A stretch of DNA of 60,415 nucleotides, filler included, from Dugesia japonica (taxonomy: Eukaryota): the NCBI GenBank assembly GCA_001938525.1. It is 6 parts of 6 records of this genome, joined end to end, with 100 filler letters (N's around TTAATTAATTAA, not from the genome) between each part and the next. Parts side by side here need not be neighbours in the genome. Positions count along the whole stretch, not along the records: positions 22,147 to 31,391 come from MQRL01641914.1; positions 31,492 to 40,237 come from MQRL01536795.1; 4 more parts are not named here. One strand, given 5' to 3'. The translations under genes and the position numbers were made by a program. Below the pieces are notes generated by a model. The model saw only the letters and a list, made by a program, of their open reading frames with translations, did no database searches and had not been told where the DNA came from. Below are positions 26,401 through 38,665 of this stretch, piece after piece (within the stretch, counting starts at the first letter, position 1; each line of letters opens with the position of its first letter).

Positions 26401-27004
26401 TTTTATGAGAACCTTCTTTGATTTTAGTCTTGGTTTATTTGCAGCATTAACATATCAAACTTGTTAAATCAAGTATCGTCTCCAGTAATAATACTTATTT
26501 TCCAATAGATTCTTTGTTAGATATTACTACTGAAATGAATCCTGAAGATATATTAAGAGAAGAATGAAGCAGGGATAAAGAACATAATATAACAAACCCA
26601 AGACAAAGGGGTGATAATGAGACTAAGAATAATGATAAAAGTCTCAGTGTGGAAACGCAAATACATGATTTGAATTTAGATTTGCAGTTAATAAATTTAG
26701 GAGAGCAAGTTGATTGATTAAAAAATAGTTCACAAAAAATGTTGATTCTTTCTCAGTACTCCATTATATATCTGAAAATATTTTAGAAGCTAGAGACTCT
26801 GCAAAACAGACACTTAAGAAGCAAGCTTGAAAATGTTATGCCAGTCGAAAAAACATTTTCTAATTGCACAAGTTGGATAAAGAGTTCGCATAATGATTTC
26901 TGGCGTAAATAGAGGTAAATCAGATAGCTAGCGGATATCGCCAAATAGTATCCGTGATATGTTATATCCGTTAAAATGTTATAGACGTTGTGATTATATC
27001 TTAT

Positions 27005-27220
27005 AATCCAAAAATTAATGTTCAAAGGGTTTTTCTAAATTTTTATTGAATATCTTTATTTAATTTGAATTTTAATGAGGCTGTTACATAATTGATTGCA
27101 TAATTTGGAACTTTAGTAAGTAAACTCTTTTCATAGTTTAAAAAACAGTATGCTTGAAGATCACAGATATGCCCTCAAAACGTAATGCTATTAATAAATA
27201 TTTATTTAAATGACGTGTTT
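27005..27220 (+). mobile_element. PLE 3' tail (second family) with a decayed hammerhead
   Basis: Aligns with 40830-41045 (PKINVQ, TTGCATAATTGATTGCATAAT, TGCTTGAAGATCACAGATATGCCCTCAAAACG). Confidence 0.65.
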
Positions 27221-28914
27221 TTGTGTTTAATAATTTTGTTTTATATAATACTAACGACAACATAAAATCATGTCAAATCAAACATGCCTAATTTATATTA
27301 TATTTTCTGTATAAAATAAATTTCATTTTTATTAAAAATAANNNNNNNNNNNNNNNNNNNNNNNNNNNNNNNNATTTATTTACAATATCAATTTCTCATT
27401 CTTTCGTTTATCATTTCATCATTATTTGAATAATTTTTTTTTAATTTCTAATTTATTTATGAATTATTTTTTTAGAAATTATTTTTCTAACATTTATAAA
27501 ATTTTCTTTTCACGTGATTCTTTACGTGAGACTATTTTTTTTAATTGATTTACTTTTCTTCGTCTTTTGAAATATTAATACACCGACAATTTTGTTTGAA
27601 TTGATTAATTTCGAAGTAATATTCGTGATTTTTAACTTCAAGGCAATGTTTCNNNNNNNNNNNNNNTGAATACTAATTTTTTCGACTATTCTACTAATTT
27701 CTTCCTTAAGAGAATTTCTATTGTTTTTACTATAGAAAAATATGATCTAATTAAAAATGAAATTGTTAATTTTATTTTAAATACTAACAAAAATTTCAAA
27801 AAAAAGCATTTCTTTGTAAATGTTAAACTTTTTTAATCGAATTAATCAAAACATTAAAATGTCAAATGTTACCAAATAATGAGTTAAAATCGTACGATTG
27901 AATCAAAATTTGCGTTTTAATTATTTGTTAAGATAAATATTGCTTTGTGTGCGACATTAACTGCGAATATTCGTGAATATCAAAATATATAACGATGTGT
28001 GTTCTAGATAGAAATTTATAAATAATCAGTATTCGATAAATACGATNNNNNNNNNNNNNNNNNNNNNNNNNNNNNNNNNNNNNNNNNNNNNNNNNNNNNN
28101 NNNNNNNNNNNNNNNNNNNNNNNNNNNNNNNNNNNNNNNNNNNNNNNNNNNNNNNNNNNNNNNNNNNNNNNNNNNNNNNNNNNNNNNNNNNNNNNNNNNN
28201 NNNNNNNNNNNNNNNNNNNNNNNNAAAAAAATGATTCAAATAAAATGTTCAAGTTTAAAATATTTTGATTGTTAAAAATGATTAATTTGTTACTCATATT
28301 CATTAGCATAAAAACACTAATGAATAATAAAAATCATAGTTTGGTTTTAAGTGTGAAAAAAACCAGTCATTCGATTATTATATAAATTGTTTATATATCT
28401 TATTCATTTAAAATAAAAGCGCCTATCAAANNNNNNNNNNNNNNNNNNNNNNNNNNNNNNNNNNNNNNNNNNNNNNNNNNGTGAATATCAAAATATATAA
28501 CGATGTGTGTTCTAGATAGAAATTTATAAATAATCAGTATTCGATAAATACGATTTATGGTAAGGGTGTGTATAGAGTTACAAACTGTGTCTGTTTTAGC
28601 AACATTTTTCCAGTTTTACTAGTAATTTGACGAGAAATTATTCTTTAATATTAAAACTTAAAATCGGTTTGTTAATTATTGCGTAAAATTCACTTTGTGA
28701 ATATCGGAACGCGTTCACAACCATAAAAGTTNAAAAAAATGATTCAAATAAAATGTTCAAGTTTAAAATATTTTGATTGTTAAAAATGATTAATTTGTTA
28801 CTCATATTCATTAGCATAAAAACACTAATGAATAATAAAAATCATAGTTTGGTTTTAAGTGTGAAAAAAACCAGTCATTCGATTATTATATAAATTGTTT
28901 ATATATCTTATTCA

Positions 28915-29195
28915 TTTAAAATAAAAGCGCCTATCAAAGTTTATTTTTGTTTTTTTTATTGATATTTGATAACAATTCGGGATTTCGATTTAGTCTTCTT
29001 TTTAAGATTTTAAGATTTAGTCTTCTTCAGGAATTGACTTTAAAAAGTCAATTCCTGAAGAAGACTAAGTCGAAATCCCGAATTCTTATCAAATATCAAT
29101 AAAAAAAAATTTTTGATCGACGCTTTTAGTTTAAATGAATTCTGAAAAACGATCAATGGTTAAGTCCAACATTTATTCTCGCAATAATTTCAATT
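28915..29195. repeat. Head-to-head palindromic pair of the hammerhead-bearing PLE repeat
   Basis: Centre GAATTGACTTT-AA-AAAGTCAATTC at ~29041. The plus copy reads CAATTC-CTGAAGA-AGACTAAGTC-GAAA-TCCC-GAATTC; the minus copy has an insertion in helix II. Both copies carry TCCC instead of TATC. Confidence 0.9.
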
Positions 29196-29818
29196 ATATA
29201 TCTTGTGTGTGTATGTGTGTGTGTAATAATATAATTGTTAAATAAAATCTTGTGACCGTTTTTAGGCAATTCTTTATGCGAGTAGTTGTTAAATCTTTGC
29301 AACCCTAAATGTACAACCTGTGGTCATAGCCTATAAGTTTTTTGGTTGTAGAAAATTTTGTTGACATACTTGAGTATTTGATTGCCGAAAATAGTAAATG
29401 AATCGCTTTGGCTTTTCATTTTTGCTTATTGCTAAGAAAAGATAGTTTGATCTCAAAAGATAGACATTTTGTAAAATCAAACAAACTTAATTAAAATTTT
29501 AAATAATTAAACTTAGCGTGTATGTTAATAAAATATTAATAATAAATATTATATTTAACTAAGATCAAACAATTTTTTTTATCAAATTAACTTCATTAAA
29601 ACTTTATTTCCAAATATCTAAGCGTTTTAAATTCCGAATTTGATTTTAAGGATTTCCAAACAATAAGATTTATATTTAATTTTAGAAAGATTAAACGGTA
29701 GTACAATACTACCCTGATATTTGCCAGATAAACTCTACTGGTGAGACTATGTGCACCACACCAGAAAAATGGAAAGCAATACAATCTGGACTTTATTTAT
29801 TAAACAAACTTACTNATC

Positions 29819-30240
29819 TGTTACGGGGACTATATAATCATCATTGATCTATAGCAATAAATAAAATACCAACTATAGACACAATTAAAAAAATTATTTA
29901 TAGTTGTAAAATCTTTCTAACAACTTTACAAAAAAATATTCGGATTTATTTAAAAATATTTATTAATTAACTAAATTAAATTGAATAATTATTAATAACT
30001 AATTTAATGATATAATTTTTTTTAATATTTATGTTTCTAAATTCATTTTGTAACACAGTGTCAGAAGCAGAATTAAGTAATTTTAGAAAACATTTGTTGC
30101 GGAAGTTGAACTAGTAATTAATGACAAAGAATTGATTTTATTATTTAAACAAGGTGAAAAATATATTTCCAAAGATTATCATTGGAATTAAGTCAATAAA
30201 AACACGCAGATTACAAATTGTAATAGAGGATGACTGCATA
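29819..30240 (+). mobile_element. LTR (29819-30055), tRNA-Leu-like PBS and gag start remnant
   Basis: The termini TGTTAC...GTAACA are inverted. They are immediately followed by CAGTGTCAGAAGCAGAAT, which resembles the tRNA-Leu PBS TGGTGTCAGAAGTGGGAT. Confidence 0.55.
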
Positions 30241-30244
30241 TATA

Positions 30245-31180
30245 TACGATTGGAACGAAAGTCTTGTCCAATAGAAAATAATATTTATTTAACCAATAAA
30301 GACAACATGTAAATTGAGAAATATATGCAAAACATCACTATGAAGAAATTTTTTGTTTAAATGTTTTATTAAATTAAATAATTGTTTCAGATCATTTAAA
30401 AAAAGTATTATTTTGTGACATATCATAGAGTTTAACAGAAGCGACTTAAAAAAGCGGACCTATTTTTTGTGGAAAGATGGAATGAATGCGCCTGCAATTG
30501 AGAAGAATATTAATTCCGTGCTTGGCACGGGTACTGTGTCTGCAAGAAACTGCCAGCAAACAATTGCAAAATTCATTTTTAGTGATTTTGTCGTTGATGA
30601 TGAAGAGAGAAGTGGGCGACCATTGGTTAAAGATGATGAAGAAGATCGAATCAAAGAGGTTCTGATGTACGAAAAATATGCTATGTCTCGTAATATGGCA
30701 GAAGAGCTGTCGTTGCCTCACACAACAATACTTCGACACTTGCACAAAATGGGAAAACAATACTTAGCAAACAGATGGCTGCCACATTTTTTGCAAATGA
30801 AAATAAAGCCAACAGTGAAAGAATTTGTGGCGAATTGTTGGCTATGCACCAACGAAACGACTTTCTATCCCAACTCATAACGGTGGATGAGGTGTGAGTA
30901 TATTGAGACAATCCAATCGATCTTATCACGACCGATCTCTGTACAGTCCGTTGATCAACCAACAACATCAATTCGTCGATGTTTGACAGCACAAAAGCAC
31001 TTTTCAACTATTTTTTGGGACGTGAAAGAAATTCTCCTGTGTGATGTACTTTCTCAAGGAAAAAATTAAACGCAGAAATTTACTGCACTCAGTTGGACAA
31101 ACTCGTAGATGCGATTCGACAAAAGAGACGCCGGCTGAGTGGAAACAGTTTTAAAAATTTCCATTTTCTCCAGAAAAACT
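30245..31180 (+). mobile_element. Mariner transposon, degenerate and 3'-truncated
   Basis: HTH region ...DDEERSGRP, RWLPH (WVPHEL-like), ITVDE, TIFWDVKEILL and NAEIYC.QLDKL..AIRQKR. It starts in a TA run at ~30245. Confidence 0.9.
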
Positions 31181-31391
31181 TTGAGATTTTTAGAGACAAA
31201 ACTTTATTTATTTCATTCATAATAAAATTTGACGATTTTAGGTTATGACGATAATGATCAAGGAAATATTTTCTATTAAATAGACATGGTAATTTCAAGT
31301 TTTGAGAAGAAAAAAGCATTTCGAAAAATTTTTATTTTTGAAAAATGATCCCCATTGAATTTTCTATAGATTGATGTAAAAATATCCATAT

Positions 31392-31491
31392 NNNNNNNNN
31401 NNNNNNNNNNNNNNNNNNNNNNNNNNNNNNNNNNNTTAATTAATTAANNNNNNNNNNNNNNNNNNNNNNNNNNNNNNNNNNNNNNNNNNNN
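31392..31491. other. Artificial contig-join spacer
   Basis: TTAATTAATTAA at 31436-31447 inside an N run. Confidence 0.95.
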
Positions 31492-31542
31492 ACAAAAATT
31501 CAATCCAATGAATTAAATTACAGGATTTGTTTTACTGAATAT

Positions 31543-32574
31543 TTGAATTCAATTTTTAAAGATGTAATGTTGACATTGTATAAAAATTGCAGCCAATTAA
31601 ACATTGAAATTATAGATAAAGCAAAATCTGTATTTATTGAACAAAGAATTTCTTCTTTGATAATAAAACATATTGATGTTATGTGTGTTGTAAAAAAANN
31701 NNNNNNNNNNNNNNNNNNNNNNNNNNNNNNNNNNNNNNNNNNNNNNNNNNNNNNNNNNNNNNNNNNNNNNNNNNNNNNNNNNNNNNNNNNNNNNNNNNNN
31801 NNNNNNNNNNNNNNNNNNNNNNNNNNNNNNNNNNNNNNNAAAATTTGTACCACTTGTATGGAGATGTTTTTCATAATTTATGGAAGTTGTCCTTTTCATA
31901 ACGAAGAATTAACGACTTTACAAATCATTGAAACTGATCAATTGACAAAGCTCAAATTTAAAACCACGATTGATTATTTCAAATCTAATAATATCAATAT
32001 TTTTGATGGTTTAATGAGAAAATGTATAAAAATATCTAGTTTATTAATTGGTACATTAATAGAATTACCTAATTATAAAGATTTGATAAAAATGATAATA
32101 CAAATGAATCCGTTAAAAATTAAACCTGATGATGTCAAAAAACATGCTGAAATAATGAAATTATATCAAAATTTCAATTCGATTATTTCAAAATTTGATC
32201 TAATAGAATCATTTGAGAAATGTCTTCATTCATATATTGAAGCAATAGTTTCATTAGATTACTGTTCAAAATTTCATAAATATCAAGAAATGACTGATGA
32301 TAATTTTGATCAAATTCCAATTATAGAACTGAGCGATAATTTTAATAATTTAATGACAAGTTTGAGTAATATTATAGACTATATAAATATCTCGATTTTG
32401 TTTTCACGCCGAAGTATTACGAAATTTTGTGACTATCGCCTTTTACAGTTAACAATATTAAACCATTTTCGGATTTCAAAAGAAAGTTTAGAAAATATAT
32501 TTGAGTATTCTGATTCTATGGGTAAACTAATTCTACCTTTAGAATTCTATAAGTATCAGGATTTGATGAAATAA
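31543..32574 (+). CDS. Uncharacterised long ORF, 5'-incomplete and gapped, with a possible RING-like Cys/His cluster
   Basis: About 240 uninterrupted codons follow the gap in very AT-rich DNA, including KICTTCM-x8-SCPFH. An AATAAA lies ~40 nt after the stop. Confidence 0.6.
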   Translation: MNSIFKDVMLTLYKNCSQLNIEIIDKAKSVFIEQRISSLIIKHIDVMCVVKKXXXXXXXXXXXXXXXXXXXXXXXXXXXXXXXXXXXXXXXXXXXXXXXKICTTCMEMFFIIYGSCPFHNEELTTLQIIETDQLTKLKFKTTIDYFKSNNINIFDGLMRKCIKISSLLIGTLIELPNYKDLIKMIIQMNPLKIKPDDVKKHAEIMKLYQNFNSIISKFDLIESFEKCLHSYIEAIVSLDYCSKFHKYQEMTDDNFDQIPIIELSDNFNNLMTSLSNIIDYINISILFSRRSITKFCDYRLLQLTILNHFRISKESLENIFEYSDSMGKLILPLEFYKYQDLMK

Positions 32575-33764
32575 AGATTACTATTTTGAGGAGAGTGTTA
32601 AAGATTTTATTAAATAAAATGTTTAAACTTGTGAATTTATCTACATTCTTATTGAATATATTAAATTTATGTGTACATAAGTGTAATAAGTATCATTATT
32701 TAAGTGTTGTAATTTTTATTTCGAGTGTTATATTATTTTCAGTTAATATATTCGATTGAGTGAAATAGATGTGTAATGGATAATATTGTCAATGTTTCAG
32801 ATGAATACATTTATCAAGTTCAGCATAATGTGAACTGCAACAGAAAATACGATCTACATATATCAACAACTTATCTGATTATTATTTAGTAAAACTTAAT
32901 TCAAATTTTTATTTAAATTAAAAAATAGTTTCTTTTTATATCGGCTTTAATTTGATTACCTTTAAAAACCCATCTCAAACTTAAAGAAGACCCTTCAAAA
33001 CAAAAATGTATTTGACTTAAAACGTTATTCCAAATCCATTAAAGCAATCAAACTACATTCAAGCTGCGCCATGATAAACAAAGGCTGGCTTTTAAGCCAG
33101 AATATCCTCCCCAATAGGTTTTGCTTTGAATTGTTTAGCGAATTGTTGTAAAAACAATAACAAAAAAGAAGACGCTAAGAGAAGTGGGCGCAAGGAACAT
33201 CGGAAAGTATTAGGAACTCTTTAAATTTATTAATCCACAGTAGATTCGCTGTCGAGCACGGGCACAGGCGTATGAGTTATCGTGTGTGGTTTTTGTTTAA
33301 GTTGTAGGTTTTTATGTTGTTGATGGAATTTGTTAGTTGATGATTTGTTGGAGAAATAATGTGATGGGGAAGATGCAGGTTGTCGAATGTTATTTGATTT
33401 TTTATTTTAAAGGCTTGATTTTGATTGGTTTAATTTGTAAGTAGTATAAGTGTGTTAAAAAAATATTTCGTGAGGTGGAAGTTGGTTTGTGTGGAAATAG
33501 AATTAATTATCAGATTTTATAAGATTTATTTGAAATTTTTCTGTTGGTTGGTTATAAATTCATGTTGACGTCATAAATTTTTGAAATATTTAATTTGGTA
33601 AAAAATGAATTATATTGCTTAATTTGATGAATTTAATGAAAGTAATGTCATTTTTGAGTTTTNGATGTATTTTTGGTTATTTTTTCGATATTTTGATCAG
33701 GGAAGTGTTGTTTTGTAAGATTTTCGACCGAGGAAGAGGAAAGTCTTGATATTTTTAAAAACTT

Positions 33765-33890
33765 TTTTGGAGGGAAATTTAAATATTTTTGTGGCGGGAA
33801 ATTCTAAAAAATTATTTTTGGCGGGAAATTCCAAAAAAATATTTTGATGGGAAATTCAAAAAAATATTTTTGGTAGGAAATTTAAAAATA
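33765..33890 (+). promoter_or_regulatory. Tandem array of E2F/CDE-CHR-like motifs (~25-bp period)
   Basis: Five units of consensus TTTTGGCGGGAAATTCAAA. CRE TGACGTCA at 33566-33573. Confidence 0.55.
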
Positions 33891-35444
33891 ATATTTTGGT
33901 TGTAAATATTTCATTGCAATTGGGGGAATCTTTTTATTACAATTAAATTAAATTAAATTTAATTCAATTACTTTTTTATGTAAGAGATAGGGTAGTCCTG
34001 ATATTTTGAATACAGTCTCTATTTTTGCATAAGATGGGGCATCTTGATTTTTTTAAGATATTAATACAAGATATTAAGCAATCTTGATATTTTTTATAAT
34101 ATTTAAGCATGTTATGAGCAGACTTGATATTTTTTAAGATATTTATGCATGTTATGGGCAGACTTGCATCTGAGTTGCATCCGAGTGACATACCTATTAC
34201 ATTGACTTTTAAAAATTCTCAGACTTGTGATTTTCAGTGTATGTGTGTTGCACCTGTAATCTTCTCAGTTGCATTTATGAAAATATATCTATCAAAAATA
34301 ATCAGAGGGGAGTCTTTGTGATATTTTCATTATAAAATATTACTTTAATAAAATATTCAAATAAAAACGTTCAAATAGGGAAGTCTTTGTGATATGTGCA
34401 TGATAAAATATAACTTGTATTAAAGTATTCAAATCAAAAAGTTCAAAGAGGGGAGTCTTTGTGATATTTACATGAATTAAAATATTCAAATTATAACCTT
34501 TCATTACAAAATGATAAAAAACATAGAACTTTATTCATAAACATATTATTAGTGCTAATTTTCTATAAAAAATATCATAACTGATTCAATGTTTAATAGA
34601 AAATCTCTTTAGTTTTAAAATGTTTAATAAAAAATCTCATTAGTGATGTAATTTTCCATTAAAAAANNNNNNNNNNNNNNNNNNNNNNNNNNNNNNNNNN
34701 NNNNNNNNNNNNNNNNNNNNNNNNNNNNNNNNNNNNNNNNNNNNNNNNNNNNNATAAAAAATGTATTACTAGTGACAATATTTCTATAATAAAACATATT
34801 GACGATGTAGGTTTTCTATAATAAACACATATTTGTAGTGACAATTTTCCATACAAAATGATAAAAACAGAATGTTTTTTTTAAAAAAACATATAACCTT
34901 TTCAGAAAAACATATTAGCTCTGAACTTTTCTATACAAAATGATAAAAAAACATAGACATTTTTCTATGCAAAATGATAGAAAACATTGAAATGTTTCAT
35001 GTATATAGCTAATTAACTTATATAAAAAAGACTTATAGGTAAATATTTTGCTATCTTTAGTGTTTATGAGTGTATAAGATTCAAGAATGAAGAGGCTTAA
35101 AGAAGAAAGAGGGTCTATTTTAGTGATTTTATTTACATAACATCCGTTTAATATATGGTTTTGTGTGTATTAGGTACATAGTAACCATGTTTTATAGGGT
35201 TTATTAGTATATTATTTACATGTTAACCGTGTAATATAAGTTTTATGAGTTTTATATTTGTATAGCAACCTTGTAATATTTACATAGCAACCATGAAATA
35301 TTCGGTTTATCTGTGTATTATTTTCTTAGGTACCATGTAATATTTACATAAAAACCGTTAAATATATAGTTTTTGTGTGTATTATTTACATATTAAACGT
35401 GTATTATAGGTTTTATGAGTCTATTATTTACAAAAATATTATTT

Positions 35445-35515
35445 TTTGAATTTCCTGCCAAAAATAATTTTTTTGAATTTCCCGCCAAAAAAATATTTAA
35501 ATTTCCCGCCAAAAC
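35445..35515 (-). promoter_or_regulatory. E2F/CDE-CHR-like array in the opposite arm
   Basis: Three units TT(G/A)AATTTCC(C/T)GCCAAAA. CRE at 35706-35713. Confidence 0.55.
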
Positions 35516-36491
35516 CATTTGTGAAAATATCAAGACTCCCTTCTTCCTCGGTCGAAAATCTTACAAAACAACACTTCCCTGATCAAAATATCGAAAAAAT
35601 AACCAAAAATACATCNNNNNNNNNNNNNNNNNNNNNNNNNNNNNNNNNNNNNNNNNNNNNNNNNNNNNNNNNNNNNNNNNNNNNNNNNNNNNNNNNNNNN
35701 NNNNATGACGTCAACATGAATTTATAACCAACCAACAGAAAAATTTCAAATAAATCTTGTAAAATCCGATAATTAATTCTCTTTCCACACTTACACGACT
35801 TACAAAATAAACCAATAAAAATTAATCCCTCAAAATAAAAAATCAAAGAACATTCGACAACCAAAATATTTACCATCACATTATTTTTCCAACAAGCCAT
35901 CAACCAACAAATTCCTTTAACAACATAAAACCTCCAACTCAAACAAAAACCACCCATGATAACTCATACACCTGAGCCCGAGTGCCACTACCCTTGAAGT
36001 GAAAGCCATCTATTCAAAATCATAAGTTCTTTAGACAATATATAGACCAAACATTTGTCAAACAACAAATAAATCTTTAAAATCCCAAAAAATTTATCTC
36101 CAAGATATCCAGCTACTCCTCCTCGTTTTTTCGAGTCTTTTACTCATACACACAACCACACAAACACAACTTGACCACTTTAACAACCGAAACACACAGA
36201 AAATTTAAAATTTAAAAATACACACACACACACCTTCAGGATTAAAAAAAAGTTATCAGATCAAAAAAAGATTTGATCTGATCAAAAATTTTGATTCCAA
36301 AAATCTTAGAAAATAAACGATCACAAAAATCATGGTTAAAAAACGCAGGTCAAGCGTAATGTGTTTCCGAGCCCCCCCCCGGGGGGAGCTTGATAACTGC
36401 TTAAAAGTAATTGTGTCCGAATTTTGTCTCATTGCAAAATTTTGCCTGTTTGCGACTATCTACCTACTAGTATTATTAATCAAATTTGGAA

Positions 36492-38665
36492 AGTAGGGGG
36501 ATAGTAACGCATCGCGCCACTTTGATTTGAAGGACAAACCCCTTCTCCCCACCATTGGGGCTCGAAAAAACATTACAATTGTCTTGACTTTTTTTGTCGT
36601 TTAATTTTTGGCTTGTTTTTTCTTCAAAGATTTTTAGGATCAAAATTTTTTTGGTCGGATAATTTTTTATTGATCCTGTGCTTGTGTGAGAGTATTTTTA
36701 AATTTTAAAATTTCTGTGTGTTTGGGTTGCTAATGTGGTTTTTAAAAAGTATGTTGAGTTTGTGTGTGTGGTTGTATGTGTGTGTAAAAGAAGTTTTTGG
36801 ATTCGAGTTGTAGCTGGAGATCTTGGAAATANNNNNNNNNNNNNNNNNNNNNNNNNNNNNNNNNNNNNNNNNNNNNNNNNNNNNNNNNNNNNNNNNNNTT
36901 ATGAGTTTGGATAGATAGTTTGTCCTACAACTATGGTAGCGCATGGGGACAGTCGTATGAGTTATCATGTGGTGTTTTTTGAGTAGTTGTAGGTTTGTAG
37001 TGGGTTGATTGAAAGTTTTGGTTGATAGTTTGTTGGAAAGATAATGTGATGGAGAAAACTTTGTATGTCAAATGTCCTTTGATTTTTATTTTAAGGGTTA
37101 CTATTTAATTGGTTGATTTTTGTAAGTAAACATTTTTCGGGCGGGAGAGAGTGGTATGTGTTGAAAGACAATTAATCATCGGATATTTTGATAATTATTT
37201 GAAATTTGTCTATTGAGTATGTGTGACGTCATAATTTTTTGAAATATTTATTTTCATTAAAAATGTTGTATTTCGCTTAATTTGATGAATAGGATGAAAG
37301 TAATGTTATTTTTGTAAAATGATGTATTTTTGAGAATTTTTGACTAGGAAGAGTGGATTTTCATATTTTTCGAACGGTGAAGAGGGGAATCTTGTTATTT
37401 TTTGGCGGGAAATTCAAAAAAATTTGGCATAAAATTCAAAAAAAATCTTTTTGACGGGAAATTCAAAATAAAATCTTTTTGGCGAGAAATTCAAAAAAAT
37501 TATTTTTGGAAGGAAATTCGAAAAAAAATATTTTTGTTGGAAATTCAAATTTTTTTATTTTAATGGGGGGAAATCTTTTTAATATAATTGAATTTAATTA
37601 AATTAAATTTTATTTATTTAAATTAAATTTTATTTAATTAAATTAAATTATTTTGCAAAGGACGAGGGCAGTCTTGATATTTTGTAAGATATTATTACAA
37701 GATATCGGTTAGTCTTCATATTTTGCAAGGTACGAGGGCAGTCTAGATATTTTGTAAGATATTATTACAAGATATTTATGCATGGTATGGGAAGTCTGAA
37801 TTTTTTTTGTAAGAGATTGAACAGTCTTGATTGAAGTATTATTGATTATTTCTTTATATTTTAATTTAGATGGGCCAGTCTTGATATTTTTGTAAGAGAT
37901 TGAGGCATTATTGATTTAAAAAAAAAATTTTTGCCTTAGATGGGACAGTCTTGTTATTTTGAATGGAATGGACAGTCTAAAATTCATAAACATAATTTTC
38001 AGTGTATGTGTTACATCTGAGTTGCATACCTATTGTATTTATAAAAAATTTATTAAAAAATCAATAAAAATTCAAAATGGCGTCTATGTTGAGTTTTAAA
38101 AAATCTAAATGGCGACTATCTTGAGTTTTAAAAATTCTCAGGCATGTGATTTTTAGTGTATGTGTGTTGCATCTGAATTGCATACCTATTGCATTTATAA
38201 ATAATTTATTAAAAAATCAATAAAAATTCAAAATGGTGGCTATGTTGAGTTTAAAAAATCAAAATGGGGTTATGTTAAGTTTCTTTTTTGGTGGAAAATT
38301 TATAGGCATGTGACTTTCTGTGTATGTGTGTTGCATTCTTGTGGTATTTGACTTGCATACCTATTGCATTATTAAAAGAAAATCAATAAAAATTCCCAGA
38401 CACTTGTTGCTGTATTGCATTCATATTGCATTCAGTATTAAAACATTGAAGTGGTCTTGATAGTTTTTGATATTATTGCAAGATATTGGACAGTCTAAAA
38501 TATATCTATCAAAAAAGTTGAAAGAGGGGAGTCTTTGTAATATTTTCATGATAAAATATATCAAAAAATTCATAGAGGGGGTCTTTGGGATATTTACATG
38601 ATAAAACGTTTAAAAGAAAAGTTCAAAGATGGGAGTCTTTGTGATTTCTTCATGATAAAATATTT
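36492..38665. mobile_element. Left end of related long-TIR element 2 (starts AGTAGGGGGATAGT)
   Basis: 36545-37560 is a diverged inverted copy of 35440-36390. 36900-38660 is collinear with 33250-34500 (AGTCTTGATATTTT and GAGGGGAGTCTTTGTGATATTT repeats). Confidence 0.6.
37398..37550 (+). promoter_or_regulatory. E2F/CDE-CHR-like array in element 2
   Basis: About six units including a perfect TTTTGGCGGGAAATTCAAA. CRE at 37224-37231; YY1-like AAATGGCG at ~38075 and ~38107. Confidence 0.55.

Larger units (their letters stand above)
33250..36468. mobile_element. Non-coding long-TIR element 1 (Polinton/Maverick-like end ...CTACCTACT; left arm truncated)
   Basis: 33260-33900 and 35440-35980 are highly similar inverted copies. 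The interior consists of short tandem repeats. The right arm runs to CTATCTACCTACT at 36468. Confidence 0.6.

Noticed and set aside
29690-29815. Plus-strand frame PDICQINSTGETMCTTPEKWKAIQSG as an exon
   Set aside because: No convincing splice sites and no recognisable family.
33765-35430. Regularly spaced repeats as a possible CRISPR array
   Set aside because: The context is eukaryotic, the repeats are degenerate tandem units without unique spacers, and there are no cas genes.
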